Positions 31,707-40,465 of a DNA stretch of 44,261 nt are shown in pieces (the first letter of the stretch is position 1; each line of letters starts with the position of its first letter). A model generated the notes under the pieces. That model was not told where the DNA came from. It worked only from the letters and a program-made list of their open reading frames with translations, and made no database searches. The translations under genes were made by a program, and so were the position numbers. Origin of the DNA: a virus; IMG/VR virus record IMGVR_UViG_3300045988_061436, positions 1-44,261 of that record; one strand, written 5' to 3'.

Positions 31707-31949
31707 TTACTTTACATAAAAACTAACTTTCAAACCTCTGCGCAACTTGCATACGCAAACATCGTCCATACAAGCGAAAGCACGGTCTAAAAACTTATTA
31801 AGCAATTCCTCTCCTATTAGCGAAATCAAACCGCTAACACCTACTAACTTATTAAGTTTGTTTCCGTTGTTATCAACGCCCTTAACTTTCAAACGAAAGT
31901 TCTTGTTAATAACTGTCGTGCTGTAAGTGAGTGTTATTTGCTTTTTCAT
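31707..31949 (-). CDS. Hypothetical basic protein, first gene behind early promoter P3
   Basis: 80-aa ORF with ATG 31949. Confidence 0.55.
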   Translation of the reverse strand: MKKQITLTYSTTVINKNFRLKVKGVDNNGNKLNKLVGVSGLISLIGEELLNKFLDRAFACMDDVCVCKLRRGLKVSFYVK

Positions 31950-31971
31950 TGTTTTTATTGTTTTGTTGTTT

Positions 31972-32011
31972 CAGAGTAACCGCCCTGTCGGTTGTGTTGT
32001 TTCCTTAACAC
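31972..32011 (-). promoter_or_regulatory. Conserved structured 5' leader, copy 3
   Basis: Minus strand has GTGTT-AAGGAAAC-AACAC followed by ACCGAC and CAGGG-CGGTTA-CTCTG. Confidence 0.6.
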
Positions 32012-32015
32012 GTTG

Positions 32016-32046
32016 CAAAGATAGCACTTTTATTTTAAGTACCAAA
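32016..32046 (-). promoter_or_regulatory. Early promoter P3 (TTTG-N19-TATCTTTG)
   Basis: caaagata at 32016..32023 and caaa at 32043..32046 on the plus strand. Nearly identical to P1 over about 85 nt. Confidence 0.75.
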
Positions 32047-32132
32047 ACTTTTAGTTATAATATTCTCGTTTTTAATAGATTTTAACCAAAACAAATAATT
32101 TAAGCGGTATAATTAGTTATTTTGGAAAGTTT

Positions 32133-32206
32133 TTGCGTCTAACGGCTTTTTATTGCTCTAAGGTGTAGTTATTAGGTTGAGATAAAAACAAAGCCGTGTC
32201 GGGCGT
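32133..32206. repeat. Module-boundary element, copy D
   Basis: TTGCGTCTAACGGCTT at 32133..32148 and AAGCCGTGTCGGGCG at 32191..32205 (start-to-start 58 bp). Confidence 0.85.
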
Positions 32207-32211
32207 TAAAA

Positions 32212-32255
32212 TGCGAAAACGAAAAAAGCGGGGGTATCTCACGACACGCCCGCTT
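32212..32255 (-). terminator. Intrinsic terminator ending the tail/lysis transcription unit
   Basis: Minus strand reads AAGCGGG-N16-CCCGCTT followed by TTTTTCGTTTTCG, 30 nt after stop 32285. Confidence 0.75.
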
Positions 32256-32284
32256 CGATTTACATAAACATTATTGCAGTACAT

Positions 32285-32923
32285 TCATCTAATTATGCTA
32301 ATAAACTCAACATCTGTTATAACCGTGTTTGGATTTAAGCTAATAGCGTCTATCTTTCTACTTTTTACCTTGTGAGTACGCCAAAACAAAAAACGCTTAT
32401 ACTTCACGGTTTCTATAATCTTTATTTTGTCATAGGTTTTAAGCAAGCCGTCAAAGCCGCCTATACTATTAATACAACCGTCAAGCGTGTACCACTTATC
32501 CGACACGTGCAAACATTTCAAAGTATCTACTTTATAAACCGTATCGCCCGGCAAGTATATAATACTATCCCTTATTTGCGTTTTGATACGTGTAACGGTT
32601 TGCGTTGTCATACTTGACACGCTGCCTACGTCTTTACTCTTTGCGCTTAACTTCTTTATAAGGCTTGCGTCCTCCGCTCTGTACCTCTTTAAGTCGTCAA
32701 CAGTGAGAGAAAGACCACGTACACGCACAGCGTTAAGGCTGTCGTCTACCTTGTACCGCTCTACATCTTGCATAAGCACACCTACGTTTGCCCGTTGTGC
32801 TGCTTCTCTGTCTTTGTAGTGGCTTGCTTTGTTCCAACCTATACAATTAGCCACCACTAAACCGACAAAGGCTATAAGCGCAAATAAATACGCATAGCGT
32901 TTAATTTTCAAGAACCAACTCAT
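32285..32923 (-). CDS. N-terminally membrane-anchored protein, last gene of the lysis cassette (spanin-like by position)
   Basis: 212 aa with a single TM near the N-terminus (YAYLFALIAFVGLVVANCIGW). Directly downstream of the amidase. Confidence 0.5.
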   Translation of the reverse strand: MSWFLKIKRYAYLFALIAFVGLVVANCIGWNKASHYKDREAAQRANVGVLMQDVERYKVDDSLNAVRVRGLSLTVDDLKRYRAEDASLIKKLSAKSKDVGSVSSMTTQTVTRIKTQIRDSIIYLPGDTVYKVDTLKCLHVSDKWYTLDGCINSIGGFDGLLKTYDKIKIIETVKYKRFLFWRTHKVKSRKIDAISLNPNTVITDVEFISIIR

Positions 32924-32926
32924 ACG

Positions 32927-33454
32927 CTACTTCTTTATAAAGTGTTTATACTCGGGAATTGCGTTAAAGCACGGACACGCCTTTAAGTACTCATAGGGTT
33001 CTATTACACCGTTGCCGTTTTTGTCGGGACTGAAATCTCGGTGTCCTGCTATCTTCTGAACGCTTGGAAATCTCCCTGCTAATTGAGAGATAAGCCACAA
33101 AAGGGACTCTTTTTGCGCCGGTGTGCGTGTGTCCTCGTCCTTGCCTTGTGCGTTCAAGCCACCGGCGTAACAAATTCCTATACTGTTTGAGTTCCACCCC
33201 TGCACGTGTGCGCCTACCTCGTTAAGCGTGCGACCGACCTCGATTGTGCCGTCTTGTGCGACAACAAAATGATAACCGCAATAGTGACCGCTTTCGCTCT
33301 GACGGCTAAACCCTCGTGCCTTGTGCCATTTGTCTATCGCTTCAACGTCTGCAACCACGCCCGGGCGTGTCGCTGAACAATGTACGATTAAGTACTTTAT
33401 ATCTCTACTACATTTTTGCGTCTTGATGTACGCTTCTAATTCTTTTCTATTCAT
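32927..33454 (-). CDS. N-acetylmuramoyl-L-alanine amidase (Amidase_2/PGRP, T7-lysozyme type) endolysin
   Basis: 175 aa. LIVHCSAT, GYHFVV, AGHRDF and KACPCF fit the His/His/Cys zinc-ligand pattern. Confidence 0.85.
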   Translation of the reverse strand: MNRKELEAYIKTQKCSRDIKYLIVHCSATRPGVVADVEAIDKWHKARGFSRQSESGHYCGYHFVVAQDGTIEVGRTLNEVGAHVQGWNSNSIGICYAGGLNAQGKDEDTRTPAQKESLLWLISQLAGRFPSVQKIAGHRDFSPDKNGNGVIEPYEYLKACPCFNAIPEYKHFIKK

Positions 33455-33456
33455 AA

Positions 33457-33975
33457 CTATTTTACATTATCTTTGTTATCAACTCCTACGTCCTCGGGGT
33501 GTTCTCTCTCGTAACGTTCGATTATCTCCCTTACATTCTCGGGCAATGCTCGGGTAAACTCTAAGCGTATAACGTGGTAAAGGATATGAAATACCATACG
33601 GCGGGGGTACGCTATAACTAAGTTGCGAAACGCATTCTGCAAGTACACGTACTCAAAGATATAACTTAATGTTTTAACCACTAACAAAGAAGCGTCTTTG
33701 TCATCTTGCAAACTCATTACAGAGTAAACAACGTATATAATCGCTATATACAGAAAGAACTCACTTAAAGCGTTTTTGAACTTGGAAAACTTAAAGCGTT
33801 GACAACGCTTAATCGCTACCCCGTCCGCTCTCATACCTGCCCAAATGTTGAAACCGAAAACAATAGTTAAGGCGTAAATATATGAGTTTGTAGCGGTATA
33901 GTAAGCAAGCACCGGCGAAAGGGTGCTTACTACTATAAGCCTGCTTTGTTCTAACGTTATTAATCTATCTAACAT
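33457..33975 (-). CDS. Multi-pass membrane protein (holin candidate)
   Basis: 172 aa with 3 to 4 hydrophobic helices and a charged C-terminus. Immediately upstream of the endolysin. Confidence 0.5.
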   Translation of the reverse strand: MLDRLITLEQSRLIVVSTLSPVLAYYTATNSYIYALTIVFGFNIWAGMRADGVAIKRCQRFKFSKFKNALSEFFLYIAIIYVVYSVMSLQDDKDASLLVVKTLSYIFEYVYLQNAFRNLVIAYPRRMVFHILYHVIRLEFTRALPENVREIIERYEREHPEDVGVDNKDNVK

Positions 33976-33976
33976 T

Positions 33977-34426
33977 TTACAACAAAAGATTTATATATAT
34001 CAACAAAAATGCTAACACTTCACCGACATAGTAAGGCTTTGGAAATTTCAGAACTTTATACCCAAACCAAAGAACAACGGCAAAGGCTACTAATATAGGG
34101 TTGAAAGTCGCTACCCACAGCACACCACAAATTAAAGCCGTCAACGCTCCTATTGAGTGCATTTTCTCTATCTTGTAATGTGGTTCAATCGCTACCAATG
34201 CAAGACCAAACACGGCAAACAACGCTAAAAAACCAAAGTTACCGCCTTTCTCTAACATCGGGGGCAAAAGTAAAGCACCAACAACACCAATTACAAACGA
34301 AAATAACCACGATTGCCGCCCTATGTAGTAGTTATCACTTACAAAGTTTTTAACGCCGTACTTAACACCCATTACAGAGAGATAAGAAAGCATTATAACG
34401 GCACTAATCAAAACTAATATTGTCAT
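33977..34426 (-). CDS. Four-helix membrane protein (second holin/antiholin candidate)
   Basis: 149 aa, almost entirely hydrophobic helices. Confidence 0.45.
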   Translation of the reverse strand: MTILVLISAVIMLSYLSVMGVKYGVKNFVSDNYYIGRQSWLFSFVIGVVGALLLPPMLEKGGNFGFLALFAVFGLALVAIEPHYKIEKMHSIGALTALICGVLWVATFNPILVAFAVVLWFGYKVLKFPKPYYVGEVLAFLLIYINLLL

Positions 34427-34428
34427 AA

Positions 34429-34947
34429 CTATTGCGTTTTAAGCACCAACTTATCGGGATAGCCTTTCTTGTAATCGTAAGCGTTTACGGCTTCAACGCT
34501 TTGCAACTCCTTAACGGCTGCGATATGCTCCTGTGTTACGTTATACGCCTTGTAAGCGTAATGTCCGACCGCATCAAGTAGGCGCAAAGCTAATTGAGAG
34601 TTAACAACGAGTTTGAAACCGTTTAGCCATATTTCGCTATCCGTCTGTCCGTTCGCAATGTCTAACTCAATTGCCCGGCGTGTTCCAATTCTGTCCTCTC
34701 TATTTATCCACGCCGGAAAGCCATTAAGGGAAAACGAGTTAACCGCATCGCTACTATCATACGCCTTTATCTCGCTTACCTTTGCGTTGATTGCAGCTTC
34801 TAACTTCTGCGCTTCGCTCTGCATTTCCTCTACCTGCTCATAACCGTTTGCTTTGAGCGTTTCTTCTGTCGGGTTGATTATTCTAACCCCTCCTACCTCG
34901 ATATATACACCGTTATAGGTGTCGTTTCCTTTCTTGTATTGTTTCAT
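34429..34947 (-). CDS. Tail-fibre-associated protein (DUF4376-like, tentative)
   Basis: 172 aa, lying at the end of the tail-fibre block. Family assignment is from memory only. Confidence 0.4.
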   Translation of the reverse strand: MKQYKKGNDTYNGVYIEVGGVRIINPTEETLKANGYEQVEEMQSEAQKLEAAINAKVSEIKAYDSSDAVNSFSLNGFPAWINREDRIGTRRAIELDIANGQTDSEIWLNGFKLVVNSQLALRLLDAVGHYAYKAYNVTQEHIAAVKELQSVEAVNAYDYKKGYPDKLVLKTQ

Positions 34948-34952
34948 ATCAT

Positions 34953-35621
34953 TTACTTTCCTAATTCACTAACTGGTAATATTTCTGAACACATAGTTCC
35001 TATCACAGAACTTTTCCTATATTCTGCAACTGCATCATCAGGGGCATAACCTACCGTGGTAGGTCTATTTCTGTAATTCCATGGCGTTTTAATAACGGGG
35101 GGGGTCTTTGACTTAAAGATATAATGTACATTGTCATTCATAGAAAAAGCGTTTTCGCCAATACGCTTTATTGTACTTGGCAATGTAACATATATATCTT
35201 CGGCTAAAGCACCCATAAACACAAAATCGTCAATGAGTTCCAACCCCTCTTGTAAAACTAATTTTTTAATTTTATTAGTATATATGTAACAAAAATCTCT
35301 TTGGTTCAGAACTTTAACCCTTGGTAACTCAATTTCCTCCAAATTATTAAAATTTCGAAATGCTACCCATTTTCCAATGTAAGAAATCCCAAAGAACTTA
35401 AACTCATTGAATTTTTTAATTTCTCTTACCAAAGGGTCTTCAAAGGCTTTTCCTACTTCGCCTTCTATATCCTTAATCATAGATAATTCATCATAGGCAA
35501 TTTTCCCGTCCTTATCTGTGTCAAAATACTTAAGACAAAGAATCTTTGTATTTTCATCTTCAAATCGCACAAACTTTGGCTTTTTAGCCACGTTTGCAAG
35601 TAATTTCTCAAACAAAATCAT
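34953..35621 (-). CDS. BspA-type leucine-rich-repeat protein with an N-terminal EF-hand/dockerin-like Ca-binding loop
   Basis: 222 aa. DTDKDGKIAYDE (nt 35487..35522) fits DxDxDGxIxxxE. The LRR_5-like repeats include VTLPSTIKRIGENAF. A C8 tract (G8 on the plus strand, 35097..35104) lies in the coding sequence. Confidence 0.55.
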   Translation of the reverse strand: MILFEKLLANVAKKPKFVRFEDENTKILCLKYFDTDKDGKIAYDELSMIKDIEGEVGKAFEDPLVREIKKFNEFKFFGISYIGKWVAFRNFNNLEEIELPRVKVLNQRDFCYIYTNKIKKLVLQEGLELIDDFVFMGALAEDIYVTLPSTIKRIGENAFSMNDNVHYIFKSKTPPVIKTPWNYRNRPTTVGYAPDDAVAEYRKSSVIGTMCSEILPVSELGK

Positions 35622-37102
35622 AACGTTCCTCCCATTATTAAAAGTCCGTTAACGATACACCCTTGATATGTCTGTCCCTTTTGTGGCTTGAACACATCGC
35701 CTATCCACTTTATAGTGGTTGGCAGAGAAAGTTCTGTGCCACTTGCAGCCGGGCAAGTGAACTGAAAACAATACTCTTCAACAAATGCTTTGTCGGGTTT
35801 TAGTGCTAAGGTTAGTTTAAGGCTTTTAACTTCGCCCCAAACGTGCATTGTGTTTGGTGTTAATGCAAAAGTGGTGTCTTTTGTTCCATGATTAACCAAC
35901 TTGAAATAACCCGGCTCGCCTTTTTCTCCCTTTTCGCCTGTGTCGCCCTTGTTAATACGCTTTGCATGCTCTACGACTTCATCTACTTTACGCTTTACCA
36001 ATTCGGGCAACTCCGAACCGTCACCGGTTGACAAACGAATCATGCGGCCGCCTTTCCATGTGTAGGAACTTCCGTCATTGACAAAGAAATAAATTACACC
36101 CTCTTTCGGTTCAACACCACTGTTAGACGGTGTTCCGTATGCTTCTTGCCCTATCCACGCCGGGCAATAGTTGCCGTCTGCACGACAAAGGAAACGCTTT
36201 GTTACCTCGTCATAAACGACGCTGCCATCAGTTGCTGTTGCAGGCGTTAAACTTGCGTTTCTCACATACTCGTGGAAAGGCAACAAAGCCGCACCACCTG
36301 CACCGGATAGGCTCTTACTCCAATCGGCTGCGTCGGCGGAGAATTGTCCAAACTTGCAAAAATAAATAACCCTCTGCCTTGTCTTTGTATCAACAAAACT
36401 AACCGCTAAACGCTTATCAAACACGTTTGCGCCTTTTGTTTCAAGCTCTGTTAACACTGCTTCAAGCGTTGTCGGTTCATTCTTTGGCGAACCGTTGTGT
36501 ATCTGTATCGTGTTCTCAACCTTTTCGACTATATCACTATAAGACTGTATAATCTGCGCAATTAATTCCTCCATAGACAAAAGTTGCCAATCTGCTGGCT
36601 TATTGCTCCATTGCTCGGACGTGTTATAATAGAGGATATATTTGCCGGTGTCGCTCTTTACAAAGCGCAAAGTCATTCCGGCTTTTCTTCTCTCTGTTGG
36701 TATAGCGTTAATCGCTTCTGCCAACTCAAAGCGTCTACCGCTGTTATCTGTCGTTGCGTTGTAATCGTTAACCAAATCAAGTGTCGCAAATCTTGACGCA
36801 TCAATAAGCACGGTTTTAGACCAATTTGTACCGTCATACGCAAAGGCTACAAACTCACCCTTTGCAACGGATAGACCTGCAAAGTTAGCGTAAACGCCCG
36901 GCGTTGAAGCGAAATAAAGCGTCTTGCCACTTACTTGCGGTGTTGTACCTGTAACGGCAACGCCTTTACACTTGTACTCATCGCCAAACGTGTCTATCAT
37001 CTTAACTAACACGTTTTGCAAGATTTCACCCGTAATCTCTTGCACTCCGTTAGGCTTTATAACCTGCTTAACGGCTCTTTTTAATTCCTCGTAATTTGCC
37101 AT
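35618..37102 (-). CDS. Tail fibre / receptor-binding protein with a short collagen-like segment
   Basis: 494 aa. GDTGEKGEKGEPG gives four G-X-Y triplets. Lies in the distal tail block. Confidence 0.6.
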   Translation of the reverse strand: MANYEELKRAVKQVIKPNGVQEITGEILQNVLVKMIDTFGDEYKCKGVAVTGTTPQVSGKTLYFASTPGVYANFAGLSVAKGEFVAFAYDGTNWSKTVLIDASRFATLDLVNDYNATTDNSGRRFELAEAINAIPTERRKAGMTLRFVKSDTGKYILYYNTSEQWSNKPADWQLLSMEELIAQIIQSYSDIVEKVENTIQIHNGSPKNEPTTLEAVLTELETKGANVFDKRLAVSFVDTKTRQRVIYFCKFGQFSADAADWSKSLSGAGGAALLPFHEYVRNASLTPATATDGSVVYDEVTKRFLCRADGNYCPAWIGQEAYGTPSNSGVEPKEGVIYFFVNDGSSYTWKGGRMIRLSTGDGSELPELVKRKVDEVVEHAKRINKGDTGEKGEKGEPGYFKLVNHGTKDTTFALTPNTMHVWGEVKSLKLTLALKPDKAFVEEYCFQFTCPAASGTELSLPTTIKWIGDVFKPQKGQTYQGCIVNGLLIMGGTL

Positions 37103-37107
37103 AATCT

Positions 37108-37977
37108 TTATAATTTAGATTGTGTGTAATCTCTGTTAAAATCGTTGTTAAAACTCCCTTTCGTTTCCTCTCTGTACACGTTACCGATTTTCTTCGCTAC
37201 GGTTGCCGTTTCAAACTCTGTTTCAACGCTTGCAATATCGCCTTGTGTCTGCCACTTAACCGTAATTAAGAACGTATCGCAATCGTACTCTCTGCCTATC
37301 TCATCAGTTATAAGAACGTTGTCAGCCATACGGATAAAACGCATTGCATCACAAAGATACTCGGGGGCGGCAAACGTGAATTTATACACCTTTTCGGATA
37401 TTTGCTTTTCGGGAAAGAAATAGCCGTCTCGGTTTTCGCCCTCCTCCTCAAACTTATATTCGGGTTTGCCTATCTGTGTATTGAGATATAACACATTGTG
37501 GTATCTCACACCTTCGTAAACTATACGCCCGCCGTCAAATACAAAGTCCTCATTATCCCACCACTCTACACGTACATAGCCGTTTGTTGTGCTTACGCTT
37601 GTAAACATTTCGCTAACCCACGTTTGAACACCGTCTGTTAATTCTATGTAGAAAACGCCTATTTCCATATTAACGGCAAGTGGTAAGTAAGCGGGATAAA
37701 CAATTACATCGTAATCGTACTCCTCCATGTTTACAACGGTTAAGCCTGCACTTTTTACGTCCTCGGTTATGTCTACAAAAAGGCTGCCGTCACGTCTGTA
37801 CAGCTTAACGCCTACCACTTCCTCGTCCCTATGCTTTCTTATGATTTGGAAAGGCAAAAGCACATCAGCGGGCGCAAACAAATTATAGATAGCACCGTAA
37901 GCGTATGACTTACGGTGGTTTTGTTGCTCCTCGCTCTCATAGAAAGGCAAAGGCGATAAATTATTGTTCTGTGTCAT
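37108..37977 (-). CDS. Baseplate/tail protein (unknown role)
   Basis: 289-aa ORF that overlaps the upstream gene by 17 nt. Confidence 0.55.
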   Translation of the reverse strand: MTQNNNLSPLPFYESEEQQNHRKSYAYGAIYNLFAPADVLLPFQIIRKHRDEEVVGVKLYRRDGSLFVDITEDVKSAGLTVVNMEEYDYDVIVYPAYLPLAVNMEIGVFYIELTDGVQTWVSEMFTSVSTTNGYVRVEWWDNEDFVFDGGRIVYEGVRYHNVLYLNTQIGKPEYKFEEEGENRDGYFFPEKQISEKVYKFTFAAPEYLCDAMRFIRMADNVLITDEIGREYDCDTFLITVKWQTQGDIASVETEFETATVAKKIGNVYREETKGSFNNDFNRDYTQSKL

Positions 37978-40465
37978 ACTTTAACGTTGCTTTAATCATT
38001 CGACTTGACAAATTTACAGATAATTTTTCAATTTGCCCCTCTCCTAATAGAGTTTTTACCAACTTTTGCGGGTGTGGTTCTCTGTCGCCTGCCGGAAACG
38101 ACAAAATTTGTTTTTTCTTTCTGTCCGTACCTCGTGCGATAGTACGTCTTTTGTTTATCTCAACCACGCTTGCCGGCAAGTCGTAAACATAGTAATTCGA
38201 TTGCGCAAAGGCAAACGACACATAGCCGTTTTGCAAATCATACGTAACACCGTCAATCTCTGTCTGATAAAACGGCAATTCTCGCAAATTATCCTCAACC
38301 CATATCCCAGCTATACTTACATCGTTATAACCGTTCATATTAAAGGTTAAGTACTTGCATCCGGTAGGCATTACAAACGTTACATTTTGCTCATAATCTT
38401 GTGCTGTTAACGTCATAACATCTGTGTAGCCGTTATCTTTGTACACTCGTATGTTTGCCGTATTGCCTGCATTGGTTGTCCCGCTATGTCGCCTTAACGT
38501 TACACGCATACTTACACGCTTGCCGCCTACCGGCTTTAACTCCCATTGATTGTCAACCTCTCCGCCGTCCTTTGAGTACCACTCCGCAAAGTATGAAAAA
38601 CGGTTTGTAAACAAAGCCGTTGCCGGTACGGTTGCCAATAGCGCAAAACCGTCCTTGCTCATACCGCCCGGGTTTAGCAGCATAAGGTCTATATCGCTTG
38701 AAAAATTACCCACGTTCACGTCCTCTATCTTGCCTTTGGTTACGTAATTACTCTTTACCTCGATAGGATAGCCGTCAAAGGCTTGTGTGCAATCGTCCAT
38801 CCATGCGAATTGATAATGCTCTGACATATCCGCTTTATCAAACGTATATTCTGTTTTTGCAAAACTCCACGCCTTACCGTTACGCACGTTAAACAGCTTT
38901 GTTAAATCGTAATCAACCTCCGGCTCTCTATTATAAGACATGCCGTTGTTAAAATAGCTTACGTGTTCTATATGTAGTTTTTTGTTCTCGTCAATATACC
39001 AATAGCAACGAAACACGTCACGCAACATATTAAAGATATTTTGAAGCGTACAAATAGCCCTTTTTGCGGGTTCTTGATACTCACCTGTCAAGATGTTACT
39101 CTTCTGTGTTATAAATAGGCGTTGTTTAATTTTGCTTATCGGGTTATTTTCTGCATACAGAAACTTTGAACCGTTTTCGTTGCTGTCAAATGTAACGTCA
39201 CTGAATTGCTTTAACAGCACATTTATACAGCTGCCTAATTCGTACGCATCACGCAATAGGTAGCTTGTGCGCCCCTCGTACTCTGCCCACTCGTCTTCAA
39301 ACTTAAAGTAAAACCACACAGAAGCCGTTAACCACGTACTTTTGGCAACAGGGAAAAACTTTCCAGCACCCGTCATATATGGCATTTGAAAATAACGCCC
39401 GTCGTCACGCTTGCCGTACTCTGTTGCCTTGTCTGTGCTGTCAAGACTGACAACTATATTGCCCATTTTGTAGCCTATACCGTATTTGTAATTGCGGTTG
39501 TTATCGACTAAGTCCTCCGCCGGTATATCATACGTGTTTAGGTTGCTTATCTTTGGTTTGTCAAGCAACAAGCGCATAAATATCCGTATAACATTAACGT
39601 ATGCTTTTGCGTAACCTGTGCCGCCGTTAAAATCTATCAATACGTACTCATTGCTTTTGTCTGTCGCATTACCCACAATTACCGAATAGCCCTTATTACC
39701 ACGTGACACTACGATTGAACCCGTAGCAGCATGATGTGCCGTTTCCTTTATTTCTGTTATAGTTACTATGTAGTTTGTATCGTCTTTCCTTTTACACGTG
39801 TACACGGTTCTGTCGCCACTCTCAACGGCTTCATCGCCCACGTACACACCATTATAAGCCGGGTCGGTTGCTTCTGTTATGCTTACTTCTACCGCCTTAT
39901 GTGCTAAAGCAAAATGATACTTATTTATCATTTTATCCGCATTATCGCACGCCTCTGACACGTCTTGCTCCCAATTAGACCCGGAAAGGAAACACGATAC
40001 AACTTTATCGCCTAACTTGTACACTTGTATAAGCGGGCGTTTGGTAATTAACACGCTATCAACTTCGGGTGCTAACTCGATAAGATTGTACTCTTTTTCC
40101 ATACCCGCCAACACGTCTGTATAAGCGTCAATAGTTGACGGCTGTACGGTTATACTCTTATCTGTTGGGTCTATTGTGCAATCTGTGCGCATGAACTTTC
40201 CCTCCCAATAGTTGTACCACGACCGCCCTAAATCGTATGAAATCTTAACTACAAGCATATAAATAGTATCAAATTGCGCACCCATAATTAGGTCGTAATC
40301 TGAACGCAAAAAGGTAAACTTACCGTTTAACTTTGCACGAAAAAAACGGTTACTTGCTTCTTTCTCATAATCAAGCGTTACATCGTCTTTATAAATAGGA
40401 TTGACAGGGGTTTCTGCCCCTGTCTTTCCTAAACGCAAATAGAATTTATAAATAGGATTTATCAT
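37961..40465 (-). CDS. Large distal tail / baseplate hub protein
   Basis: 834 aa. Its ATG overlaps the tape-measure stop by 1 nt (TAATG). Call is by position immediately after the tape measure. Confidence 0.6.
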   Translation of the reverse strand: MINPIYKFYLRLGKTGAETPVNPIYKDDVTLDYEKEASNRFFRAKLNGKFTFLRSDYDLIMGAQFDTIYMLVVKISYDLGRSWYNYWEGKFMRTDCTIDPTDKSITVQPSTIDAYTDVLAGMEKEYNLIELAPEVDSVLITKRPLIQVYKLGDKVVSCFLSGSNWEQDVSEACDNADKMINKYHFALAHKAVEVSITEATDPAYNGVYVGDEAVESGDRTVYTCKRKDDTNYIVTITEIKETAHHAATGSIVVSRGNKGYSVIVGNATDKSNEYVLIDFNGGTGYAKAYVNVIRIFMRLLLDKPKISNLNTYDIPAEDLVDNNRNYKYGIGYKMGNIVVSLDSTDKATEYGKRDDGRYFQMPYMTGAGKFFPVAKSTWLTASVWFYFKFEDEWAEYEGRTSYLLRDAYELGSCINVLLKQFSDVTFDSNENGSKFLYAENNPISKIKQRLFITQKSNILTGEYQEPAKRAICTLQNIFNMLRDVFRCYWYIDENKKLHIEHVSYFNNGMSYNREPEVDYDLTKLFNVRNGKAWSFAKTEYTFDKADMSEHYQFAWMDDCTQAFDGYPIEVKSNYVTKGKIEDVNVGNFSSDIDLMLLNPGGMSKDGFALLATVPATALFTNRFSYFAEWYSKDGGEVDNQWELKPVGGKRVSMRVTLRRHSGTTNAGNTANIRVYKDNGYTDVMTLTAQDYEQNVTFVMPTGCKYLTFNMNGYNDVSIAGIWVEDNLRELPFYQTEIDGVTYDLQNGYVSFAFAQSNYYVYDLPASVVEINKRRTIARGTDRKKKQILSFPAGDREPHPQKLVKTLLGEGQIEKLSVNLSSRMIKATLKYDTEQ

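Noticed and set aside
32991-33197. 68-aa alternative-frame ORF inside the amidase gene, plus similar ORFs at 8549..8731, 8653..8841 and 4320..4601
   Set aside because: They are embedded in genes with recognisable products or better coding character.
35618-40465. Diversity-generating retroelement targeting the tail fibre
   Set aside because: There is no reverse transcriptase anywhere in the genome, and I saw no template/variable repeat pair.
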